DNA of 64,000 bases from Lingula anatina (Eukaryota; Animalia; Brachiopoda): assembly GCA_051362555.1 (NCBI GenBank), contig CM120646.1:13268001-13332000 (forward strand). The letters are read 5' to 3'. Shown one piece after another: positions 18,001 through 30,823 of the stretch. Under the pieces are notes generated by a model that was not told where the DNA came from, made no database searches, and saw only the letters and a program-made list of their open reading frames with translations. The position numbers were made by a program, and so were the translations under genes. How positions within the stretch are numbered: position 1 is the stretch's first letter; every line of letters begins with the position of its first letter.

Positions 18001-21000
18001 CCAGCTGATTTGTGAACTCAACCTTCATTTTTAACAAATAAATTTAAGCTCCCTAGTATAATATAATTTAGTTTTCTGATGACAGACATTTTGTGAAATC
18101 TACCCTAGTGGACTAAATCTCATTGAATTATGACCTAACCTCCAAAACTGACTTAAGAATTTTTGTGAAACAAAATGGGTTAGTAGACTAAAAGTGTCAA
18201 ATCCATACTGTTTCAGTTCACTAACCTGTTGAAGTATCTCTGTTGTTCAATCCTATCCAAAAGTTTCCATACATGTAAAAATACCTGAAAGAAAGTCCAA
18301 GTTCATTTACTATATTTAACTAAATAACTGGACAGTTATTTAGAATGCCATATATGTCTTCTTGTACATTTCTGAAGGAACTATAGACATCAAGTGCTTT
18401 TATTTTAGGGGTCTTATAGTTCTTAAGGATTACTTTGGGAAAGGTTACTAATAGAACATCAACTATGGGAAATGTTATTTTAATTAAAATTAAAATGGAA
18501 CATCAATGAATATATAAAATGCAAAAATTCCATGTCATTGTATCATGTTGGACTTCCATGCACCATTAGTCTACAAGTTAGACAGCATGCCCAAACTACC
18601 TGGAAACAATAAGCAGTCATAGAACTGATAATAATAGAGTTGTGGTATTTGGTATGATTAAGCCAGAGATTAAGCTCCTCAGCCCCTGAATGGTGGTGAT
18701 CACTCCATCTCAAGGGCTATATGAGCCACATAGTTAAAAGATTTTGTATTTATGCACATTCTCAATCCATGTGTACAAGTATTGGCTCATGCAGTGAGGC
18801 ATGCAAATGAGCATGCAGTACATGCATTTTCAATACCTGAAACTGATTGGATGGAAAAAGTGGAACCGGTGGTTCCTCATATCCCGTGGACTGAAATACA
18901 TATCACAGAAATATATATATATACCCCGACTGCCAAGTCAATGTTTCATTTTTAATTTATATCTTTGTGGTGCAGGTCACATCTGTGACCCAATTATATT
19001 ATAACATTATATATTATCATTTTTCATTAGGTAATTGCAGGGGATTTCAACATTTACATGGATAAAAATAAATGTTCAGTGGCCCAGCAAAATTTATTAT
19101 CTGTTATCCAAGAAGGGGCATATATTAAAAGTATATGTTGGCAATTTTACACACTAAAAGACATGTTTTAAATCTTTTTGATTACTTTAACTTTTAAAAT
19201 TCCCCCTGATCATGCCCATGTAAGCCACCCAGCATCAGTTCGTGTAGTGATCGAAACAGCAGTTTATTTTTTCTTCTGCTAGCTACTATAATTGTATTAC
19301 TGTATATCCAGTTCATCTTGTAAGCCTTAAAAGATCGCGTACCTGCTTGGTACACAGGTACATGTCATTCATTCATTCATTCATTCATTTTAATGAATAC
19401 ATGTACATGTACAGTACTAGAACTTACCCAGGAAATGTCCGAGATGACTTCACAAATGTCTCCTCATCCTGACTGTGTATACTCAGCAGGTCTCCGCCAT
19501 ATGATCTACAATCTGCACGCGCCTCTAGCCAAGTTTTTAAGTCTTTTGCATTTCTGTTATAAACAGCCTGAAAAATTCAGCAATTAATAAAGTGCCACGT
19601 TTAATGGTGTTGGCAAATTTTCTATTTTAGGTTTTAAAAATCTGGATGCATTTTGGTTTTGTGCCTTGGAAGTAAAAAAAGACCTCCATATACTTCTCCA
19701 CATAAAATGGCACAACAATGAGGCAAATTTTGACAGCACATGTCATTATAATACCGTTTTTGCCCAATGTGCAACAGCTTGCCAGTTATGTCAGGTGAAA
19801 AAAAATTAGAACCTTTCATGAGAGCATTAAATGAAACATCAAATCTTTCATTAGATTTTTCAACAAACATTAATATACGTAACTCAAACCACACCTTCTC
19901 TAACAACTGGCAAAATAGGGGACGGAGCATGTTGAAAATAAATACACTATGATGACAAAAAAATGACCATAAACCACTTCCAATACCTTATAACAATATC
20001 CATTTCTTTCAACCCAATCAGCTGGGCAAGTCACAGGGACTGGTGTTGTGGTGGTAGTAGGTGCTGGAGTTGTTCCACCACCAATGGTGTAGTTCCTCTT
20101 ATATTCACAGATGAAAGTTCTAGAGGTGCCGCAATCTCTGTCCTTCCACTTGGCACTTGGTTTGTCTATTGTGACGCATCTGTTGACTCCATTTCCTATG
20201 TACGAGTGTCATTAATGAAAAATTTACTTTTCTGATTAGATGATAATAAATATAAATTCCAAAATATTTTTTCTTTCCAATTTCAAATTCACAAAGGAAT
20301 CGCACAAAAAACAGAGACATTTCATAAGAAATTTAGAAAATCACTATTCTCATCGAAATCTTCACTTTTTTCAGAACACAAATTTGCTCAGTTTTTCATA
20401 TACAATACATATCACAGAAAAAGAGGTAAAAATGAATTTTGTTATCCCATTTTATTTATTTATTTTTTTTTCTTTTATTAATTTTTTTTTTTTGCAAAAC
20501 CGAACACTTTTCTTTACAGTCTGTAGCCAACCTATCAATAACTAATGTTCAAGATTGCAACCTGGCTTACTGCTGTCCCAGTTTGAAGCCTATCTGAATG
20601 ACTACTATATGCCAGTTTGTAGCCTATCTGAATGACTGTTATCCCAATCTCAATTTGTAGCCTACCTGACTGCTATCCCAGTTTGTAGCTTACCTGAATG
20701 ACTGTTATCCTAGTTTGTAGCTTACCTGAATGACTGCTGTCCCAATTGGTATACCATGCACTGGAGTTCTCACTCCACCTGTAGATACCTGTTGGGTTAC
20801 TAAGTCCAATCCAGTAACTGTCACTGGGTTGTTGTTTTAACTTGGTGAGGAAGTATGCTTGAACTAAGCTAGAATAATATAAAAATTCATATTACAAGAA
20901 TAAAAATTTCAATTCACAGAACAGAAATGAGAACGGAAAATGATGAAAACTGCAATGTTCAAGGGGTTATCAACCTTATCAAGGGGTTGAATTCCAAAAC

Positions 21001-22086
21001 TTCAAAAACATTAAGTGGGTACTAGTAGGCAAATCTTGCAATTATATCTTTTTCATATGTGAAGACATTCAAAAAGTACAATCTTATTAATAAGTGCAGC
21101 TACATATCATATGCCCTCTGATGCACACTAAAATAAGGGCATTCAATAGCTCGATCAGCATCTGGGCCATATTATATATGGGAACATTTGGCACCATGGA
21201 AAAGTCAACATGATATTGTGTATAGTAAAAGAGACAAAATCTCAGGATTACAATCTACTCAGCATGAATTAGGAGTTTAACCTCCTTCTTATGCTGCAGA
21301 TAAAGTGTCTGTATCTTAAAAGTTAATTGATTTATAAAAAATAACTTAAATTATTCACTTTGATTATTCGCACTTGCAACCTAGTCAAAATAAAAAGGGA
21401 AAATACTACTAAATTCAAAAATAACAGTATGAGTATGTGGAATCTTACAAATTTTTCAAAGCTGCCAGATGTCCTCCTCCTCTCTGACAGTACCTCTCTG
21501 CATCTGCCCATGTGGCCCCCATACTAACAAAACTGTAGCAAGAGGAGCCCAATGCTGCAGTGGTGCCCTGAAAAACCATTGTTAAATATGTTAGTATGTT
21601 TACAAAACCATCATGAGTTGACTCCAACTGCCTGGATTTTGTTATGGTAAAAATAATAATAATAATAATTCTGAATAAATAATCAATTGACTTACACTGG
21701 GACATCCAGTAGGATACAGTGGTAACATGGTGACTGAACTGGACACTGGCACAACCTTTAGCGATGTTTGACAGATGTACATGTGGGTACTGTCACAAGA
21801 ATCATCATTCCACTCTCCTTTCTATAAAGAATGAATAAAAATTTAATGTACTTATAATTGATGCAGTATTGTATAATTCATATAGTGACTGAAAACATAC
21901 ATGATGAACCAAAAAACATACAAAAATTACCTATAAACAGATTTACTATGTGACAAGCATAAAAAACTGATAGACAGACAAAAATCAGAATCGGAGAAGA
22001 AAAAAGAGACAGAAATGGTAGAGGCAGACAAATGGATGGATAAAAGGAGCAACATGGAGACAGACAATCAGACAGACAGACAGGCA

Positions 22087-22158
<72 letters not shown>

Positions 22159-23195
22159 ATGCACTGTGTCAAATTTGCACCTACCAAGTCTGCATTCATA
22201 GTAACACAATCCTCGTTGACACCCACATTGTTATTTGGTTCCCCTTTGTTCCAGTTAGTGTAGGTCACTTCTCTTCCATCTGTCCACTCAAAGGTCATTG
22301 GTCTCTTGAGGTCATTCAGACCCAGCCAATAGATGCGATTGGTCACTGGAACCAGGTTAAGATATTTTTCTCGTAATTTGACTTCAACAGCAGACACAGG
22401 GATATCTTTTTCAATTATGAATTTGAAGTTAGTATTATAATCTTTTTAAGTTATTCAGTTTGTATTACACAAAAAATTGACAAAAAGATATCAAAAAAAG
22501 TCACTCTGTGCTGTATATTGTAACTAAATACATTTAAAATTAATATCAATTCTTAAATATATCAACTAAATATGAAAATATGAAAAGAAAAAAAAAACAT
22601 TTCTTTTAGGTTCTTATCACTTGAAAAAAATTATGAATGAATTTAATGATCAAAACATACACCAAAGAAGACAAATAAAATGTATAACAATATATTCTTA
22701 CAGCTTGCATTAGCCTTTGACTGAGTGGTCAAGAAGGCCTGGTCTCTCTCATTCATAACAGAGGCCAAGTCTCCACCTTTCAAACGGCACTGGGTCCTGG
22801 CATCCATCCAAGTAGTTTCTTCAGATACCAGCAGAAAGCAGCCATCGCCAAATTTCTTCCAGCCAGGCCAACAGCCGTATCCTTTGCCTATTAAATAGCA
22901 ACACAAAGATTAAAGTTGTGTTGTATATTAAATGTGGTTTTTACACTGAATTGGAAGCAGTCAATTCGCTAAAAGTACTTTTAATAAACAGACAAAAGAA
23001 ACAGTATTTTTTCAATAAGTTATGACATATCTTTAAATACAAGCAAACTTAATAAAATATATTGTTAAATAAAATAAAATAATTTGTATTGAAACAAAAA
23101 ACTTCAAAGTGTTTCCATTTCAGTTACTACCAAAGCACTAAAAAATTCACTCTGAAAATTCTTACATTGTGATAAACAGTACTAAGTATTATTAA

Positions 23196-23250
<55 letters not shown>

Positions 23251-26200
23251 ATACCAGCTGGTAAAGGAGTGGTAGAAGGAGTTCTGGCCACAGTGGTGGA
23301 AACAAGACCTACAAAAAAAAAAATAAAACTTATAAAATATTAACATTTAATTTTTTTAACAAATGACTGATTTCAGTCCAACTTTTCTTTCTGTGTAAAG
23401 CTTTAATTGACATGTCAAAGAAGAAAGGGCCATAAATGTCTAACAATAGATCCTATAGCATTTGGTCGTAACAAATGTTGACAGACCAAAAAGGCAGACA
23501 AATTTAAAATGGCAACTATTCAAAAGGCATTCTTTTCTCCTATTATATATATATAATAATCACATCTAACAATTATAGAACAGAATGGTTTCAAAATAGA
23601 GTAAAAGGGGAGAAAAAACCAAGATGATAATTTTAAAATAATGTTGTTTAATTTTTTATATAATACAATTAAGAACTGTATTACTTTAATTTTACTATAC
23701 AATCCAACTATTTTGTGCTGCAACTAAACATACATTTTATTATGAAAAACTTACCTTTTTTCTTACAGATATATCCAATTCTTATATCACAGGTAATATC
23801 ATTCCACAATCCAGGACCAAATTCACTAGTAATCTGCATACAATCTTCTGACCATCTGTTGTTTGGCTCACCTAAACAATGTCATGGTAGAATGACAAAT
23901 TTTTATCATTTTCAAAATGGCAACCAAATGCAAAATGTCTACTGCATACTTGTTTAAATAAACTGATTTAACACTGAATAGACAAAACCCTAATTATAAA
24001 TACAAATTTAAGTTTTCTTCGAATCACTTTTGAATCAGAAAATTCACCTTTGATGAATTATTATGTGATAAAATTTAAATAATGATAGATAATAACTGTA
24101 TTTCATTAAATTGAAAAGTTTATTTATCTGAATTATTGACCTGACATTTAAACTGAAAAAACAATACATTTGCCTAGCATGCATATATTTGAGCATTGTT
24201 ACCAGTAAAAACATGTACCATAAATAACAGACATTTAAAAGACATGTAAAGTTTAAGGATACAAGGGAAGGAATGTCATTTTACATATAGTTCAAAATGA
24301 AATATGAGTTGAGAAGCTGCAGTGTAAGTTGCGAGTGTCATCTTTCCTGAAAAATACACTTTATAAGTGGAGTGGGGTATGGGTATGGGTGTTAGTGCAG
24401 TTGCAAATATTTCATATTGGGAGTGCAACTTAGCGTAAATAGAGTTAACAAGCACAGGCTCTCAGAGGTTTATGGATTCAAAGGAGGAGGGGGCTTGGCT
24501 TCATAGGTATCAAGGGAAGAGCATGTTAAGCAGATAAACAGGGGTTCTTGTTTTTGTTTCAAGAAAGAACTCAAAAGAAATATAATAATAGGCACTGTCA
24601 CAATTTGTGTTCTGCTTTAACAAGATAAAGGAAAACGTCAACCGGGTAATGAATGTTAACTACATGCCAAAGGATTATAAACATCTAATTTTGGGTTACT
24701 ATTTACTCTATATGCCTTAAAGCTATTTGTATTGCTGTAAAAGACACATTTCTAGGCTCTTCTAAACTTTTCCCCAAACAAAGAAGGCTAAAGTGTAATC
24801 CCTCCCATCATCACATAAAAACTAATAAAACAGCTCACTAATAGCTGCAATATACAAAAAGCATTTGTTCATGCTTTTAAGTGTTAAGTCCCCATTCCCT
24901 ACAAAAGTTCATTAGATTTAAAAAAAAGCACATTGCTATAGCATTCTAAACACATAAATACCAACCAGAACTTACTGAAATATCCTTGACATCAAAATAA
25001 ATGTGTATTAGCACAATTGGATATACATAATTAGGGCATAAAGTCATGTACAAGGGTGGCAGCTGTGAAAGCAACAGGGATATCATGTGTACATTCACTG
25101 CCATATATTATACACTGGTGCAGTATATGTATACTTACTGTAATTCCTTTGATCCACAACCCCAAATTTGTCTTTTAAATTTAAGAAGTATATATACGCT
25201 ATTACAATGACTGAATTACATGTAGAATCTCTGATCATTTCTTAAATAAGATACTGAATTCGTATTTGCATGAACTATTTACCACTGCTGAGAATTTTTT
25301 AACGGCTTGTTTTTTGTCCAGATGGTCACACAAAATATTGTATGCTATGTCAACGCTCACTTTCAGAAGAATTACCAACTGTATGTCGAAATACAATTGT
25401 CAAGTATATAAAATAAAAAATGTTCATGTAAAAATATGCTAAATGATTTAGAAAAATATACAAGCAGGCTAATAATGCAAAAAAGACATTTTCTCCAACA
25501 TGAACATTCCAGTAATAGTTGAACTATAAAACATGTACAGTAATGTCCAAACATGGTTACATAATGCAGCATGTTATATTACTGCTCGTATAAAAAAACA
25601 AAAACAAAACAAAAAATCCTAGTGTTTTCATTCTTAAGCTTAGAGAGATTTTACAGTACAGGTACATCATATTAGTTTCAGTATCAATTTTTTTTTTAAA
25701 ATCTATGTTATTTAATGACATCACACATTATATGCACTTACCTACATCCCAGTTGAGATAGGAAAAAGGCGAGCCATCTGTCCACCGCCAGCCTCCTTCT
25801 GAGGTCAAATCATTGCCACCTAACCAGAATGTAATGGGATATGCAATGGCAGAGATTTTGCCTGAAAATTTAAAAAAAATATAATAATAATAATAATACA
25901 GGTTTATTATACTCTCTTTGCAATATATACAAAATATTAATTTCTTAAAAATGGAGTAAGATTCAATCACTAAAAATAAATATTAAAGAAAATAGTAAAA
26001 ACTAGAGGATCAGAGAGGCGATACCGCCTCCAAATATTGTACCACCAGCTGGAGCAAACGCATTCGTATAGACCCCCACATACACAAAATAAGGGACACA
26101 GCCGCCAGTTTTGTGCTTGACAAGCTGTAAAAATGCAATCAACAAGAATTTTTAAACTATTGCAAAAAATATATATGGTACAATCAAATTTAAGTTCTTT

Positions 26201-28937
26201 GTAAGGTAGGTCAAGGGTCAATTTCAAGGTCACAGTAAATTGCCAGTATATGACTTCCTATTCAAGTTCAAGAGTAACTATGGACCTATCTCTGTCAAGT
26301 TTGAAGTTAAAAGAGAAAGAAATTAGCAGAGTTCAGTTCATGATAAAAAGTAGGTCAAAGGTCAATTTCAAGGTCACACTTAGATTGCCAGTATAGGACT
26401 TTCTATTCAACTTCAATAGTAACTATGGACCTATCTCAGCCAGTTTTGGAGATAAAAGGGAAGCAAAATTTGCAAAATTCAGTTCATGGTGAAAAGTAGG
26501 TCAAAGGTCAATTTCAAGGTCACATTTAGATTGCCAGTATATGACTTTCTATTCAAGTTCAATAGTAACTATGGACCTATCTCTGCCAGTTTTGGAGATA
26601 AAAGGGAAGCAAAATTTGCAAAGTTCAGTTTATGGTGAAAAGTAGGTCAAAGGTCAATTTTAATGTCACATTTATAATGCCAGTATATGACTTCCTATTC
26701 AACTTCAATAGTAACTACGGACCTATCTCAGCCAGTTTTGGAGATAAAAGGAAAGCAAAATTTGCAAAATTCAGTTCATGGTGTAAAGTAGGTCAAAGGT
26801 CAATTTTAAGGTCACATTTAGATTGCCAGTATATGACTTCCTTTTCAAGTTCAATAGTAACTATGGTCCTATCTCAGCCAGTTTTGGAGATAAAAGGGAA
26901 GAAAAGTTTGCAAAGTTCAGTTCATGGTGAAAAGTAGGTCAAAGGTCAATTTCAAGGTCACATTTAGATTGCCAGTATATGACTTCCTATTCAAGTTCAA
27001 TAGCAACTATGGACCTATCTCTGCCAGTTTTGGAGATAAAAGGGAAGCAAAATTTGCAAAGTTCAGTTTATCGTGAAAAGTAGGTCAAAGGTCAATTTTA
27101 AGGTCACATTTAGATTGCCAGTATATGACTTCCTATTCAAGTTCAATAGTAACTACGGACCTATCTCAGCCAGTTTTGGAGATAAAAGGAAAGCAAAATT
27201 TGCAAAATTCAGTTCATGGTGTAAAGTAGGTCAAAGGTCAATTTTAAGGTCACATTTAGATTGCCAGTATATGACTTCCTTTTCAAGTTCAATAGTAACT
27301 ATGGACCTATCTCAGCCAGTTTTGGAGATAAAAGGGAAGAAAAGTTTGCAAAGTTCAGTTCATGGTGAAAAGTAGGTCAAAGGTCAATTTCAAGGTCACA
27401 TTTAGATTGCCAGTATATGACTTCCTATTCAAGTTCAATAGTAACTATGGACCTATCTCTGCCAGTTTTGGAGATAAAAGGAAAGCAAAATTTGCAAAAT
27501 TCAGTTCATGGTGAAAAGTAGGTCAAAGGTCAATTTTAATGTCACATATAGATTGCCAGTATATGACTTCCTATTCAAGTTCAATAGTAACTACGGACAT
27601 ATCTCTGCCAGTTTTGGAGATAAAAGGAAAGCAAAATTTGCAAAATTCAGTTCATGGTGAAAAGTAGGTCAAAGGTCAATTTCAAGGTCATAGTAAGATT
27701 GCCAGTATATGACTTCCTATTCAACTTCAATAGTAACTATGGACCTATCTCTGCCAGTTTTGGAGATATAAGGGACTAGATGTTATAATTTTGGAGTTAC
27801 CATAATGTGCCTTAAATTTCGTACAGAAAAAATTAATTAAAATAAAGAAAATGTCATTTTGGTCAAAATTCTTGAAATAGGAGGTGCTCTGAAGTTTCAG
27901 AAGTTCAAATTTGATGAAATAATGTCATTTTTGAACACAAGTTGTCTGCTTTGCCAAGCCTTATGTTTTATTTTTCCAGAGTTCAAAATTTATTATCCAT
28001 TACCGTACTGCACATTTTGCTTTTACCACCAATATGTACTTTTTGATACAGCGTAACTCGAAAACCGTATGGAATACAAAAAAACCGAGACCACCCCCAG
28101 TGTTGGGCTTTACATGCTCTACAAAATGCAAAAAAGAATGGGTCTCTAGCATTAACGGTTCCCGAATTAGAGACAGTTTTCAGTTTCGGTATCTTATGGC
28201 CGCTACTCCCGTGAAAATGCACCGATTGACCCCAAATTCATGGAGATGAAAGATGACCTGAAGGGTAACACTTTCCAATAATATTATTGGTTAAGTCTGT
28301 GTGGTGTCTGAATAACAGGGCAAAAAAATTTTTTTTCGTAAAAAATTTCATTTTTTTGAAAATTTTGGCCCATTTGACCTTGAAGTAGAGGTCAAAGGTC
28401 AAATCCAAGGGTATATTTGAAATCTACACATATGACTTTTGGAAAGCCGTCTATAGAAATTTTTCCCATAACTCCTTCCGTAGGGTAGATAATTAGCATT
28501 TAATTTTGCCATTTTTAGACAAGGGTGCATTGCAATGAGTGCCACACCCAGACCCCAATACCGACAAAGCCCAAATTTTACGTGGAACGAGTTGAGATTA
28601 TAGGTGACCTAAATCCATGAGATGGGTACGGGGGCCCTTACCGTCTAGGAGGAGAAGCGGTAACGGTAGCCGTCCGGCGGAGCTGGCGGAGCCGGCGGAG
28701 CCAACGGAGCCGGCGGAGCCGGCGGAACGATCCGGACGGGACCGAAACCATGTGTACCGCCAGCGCTAACGCTGGTGGTACAATAAAAGATAGTGTTTGT
28801 CATTCTTTAAAAAGCCAAAAGTTCAAAAGCATGCACAGTTCATTGACACAGAAATTGATTTGGAAATTTAATACTTTGAAGTGGTATATATGCACTGTAT
28901 GGGATTGTTTTATTTATTCATTTATTTATTATAACTT

Positions 28938-28973
<36 letters not shown>

Positions 28974-30775
28974 TTTACTTTTTTTTTTTGAAAATGATTA
29001 GAATATTTATCTTTACGTGTCTTGTCTTATTATAATTATTATTCCTACCCATGTGCCAATCCTACTTACTAGTGATATAACCCTGTTCCACCACTGAGGT
29101 AATACTGGCCAGATCGCCTCCGTTGGCTCGGCAATGGGACAAGGCATCATGCCAGGTCAATTCTTCTGAGTGGAACTGATAGCAGTAATCATTTAGAGGA
29201 TTGTCCTCCCAGAATGGACCGCACTTCGAGGACCAGGCGGCTGGAATTATAGTACTGGTGTTTAAATATATCCAAAAAGGGATAAAAATGAAATCCAAAT
29301 ATGATATAAAACACACACCAACCTCAGGAAGCGTTAAGTGATATCTTTACATGGCAAGTTCTAACCAACGTGTCTTATTGAATGGCATTAGTGGAGTACA
29401 ATGCATTATAATATAATCAAGCCAATTTCTGGCTTTCACGTTTTTTTCGGCATGAAAACATTGGCCATTTACAGGATATAGTCTGACTAAAAATTGTTAA
29501 TGTATTTTCCAATTTTGTTTTGCTATCATATCATTAATTTGGTGTAAAATATAACCCAACTCAATCAGAATAATATCATATTTAATTCCTAAACAGGTTC
29601 TTTTCAAGTTCCAGTCATGTGCTTTTTATTATGGGTGAGTAGTTTCTTAATTTATACAATATATTTACTTGTTGATGCTGCTGTGGTGCTCTGTAAAGGC
29701 AATGCCCCCTTCTTGCAGACAAACTGCCTCTTCAAGCTGCAGTCAATATCATTCCATTTGCCTTTGAAAGCTACAGCGCTTCCAATGATTTCGGCACAAT
29801 TCTCCGGCTGGCCATAACCTCCACGATTATTGGGCTCCGAGGTCCAGCTGAGTTTGTTCCAGTTGGTGTAAGGCTGAAAAAAATTCATCACTGAACTGTT
29901 AGAGCTCATTCCCAATGAATCTTTCCTTCTACATAGATGGATCCAACTTTGCAGGGGCTCTCACTTGTGGCATTGAGTAGAATTCAGAAAAGTCTGGTGA
30001 TTACATGATTTCATTGGAAACAAGAGGAGTTATGTTAATCTGTAAATATTCAGTGAGAGTCCCCACGGAGTTAGATTGATCTACATAGAATTATAGTCTC
30101 ATTAAAAATGAACCCTTAGTCACAGGACACAGCAATAAATGGACACCTTCTTAAATTGCAGTTACCAAGGCTGCTATTAGTACCTACCACATCAGTCTGG
30201 GAGGTCCAAACCCAAGTGCCTTCTAATTTCCTGTCATTTAGACCAAGCCAAGCATTGTCACTTAGTTTACCTATAAATACAGACAAGGTAATTGAGCTAC
30301 CTAGTTAACGTCATGAGCATGTTGAGTAGTTTACCTGGGATAATTTGTCTTACCTGGTCTAAAAAATGTGACACTTTGTTTATATATGAACAAGGTACAT
30401 CTTCTACAAAAGGGAATTTCACTCTAGTCTGGTATCATAATCGACTTCAAATGTTATAAGATCAACATTAATTATAATGGCAATCTGACATAACCAATAA
30501 TTCTTACTAGTATCTATAATGTCTATATTAGTATATGAAAGAGCTATAAGTTCTTTGTGTTAAACTGGCCAGCAGTTCATGCCAGTGTCATGTAACCAGC
30601 ACTACTTACTGTCTATGAAAGAACTTTCCCTGTCTGAAGTTAAACTGAGCAGATGTGCTCCCATGCCAGTACAGGACTGCTCAGCTTCAACCCAGGTTGT
30701 CGCATTATTGGAAAAATAGTAGCAGTAGAAGGAATAAGCTTCCCAGCCAGCCTCACAACTCCCCTTGGCTGAAGA

Positions 30776-30823
<48 letters not shown>

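Noticed and set aside
21985-22263. RERERE / SLSLSL ORFs
   Set aside because: (GA)n microsatellite.
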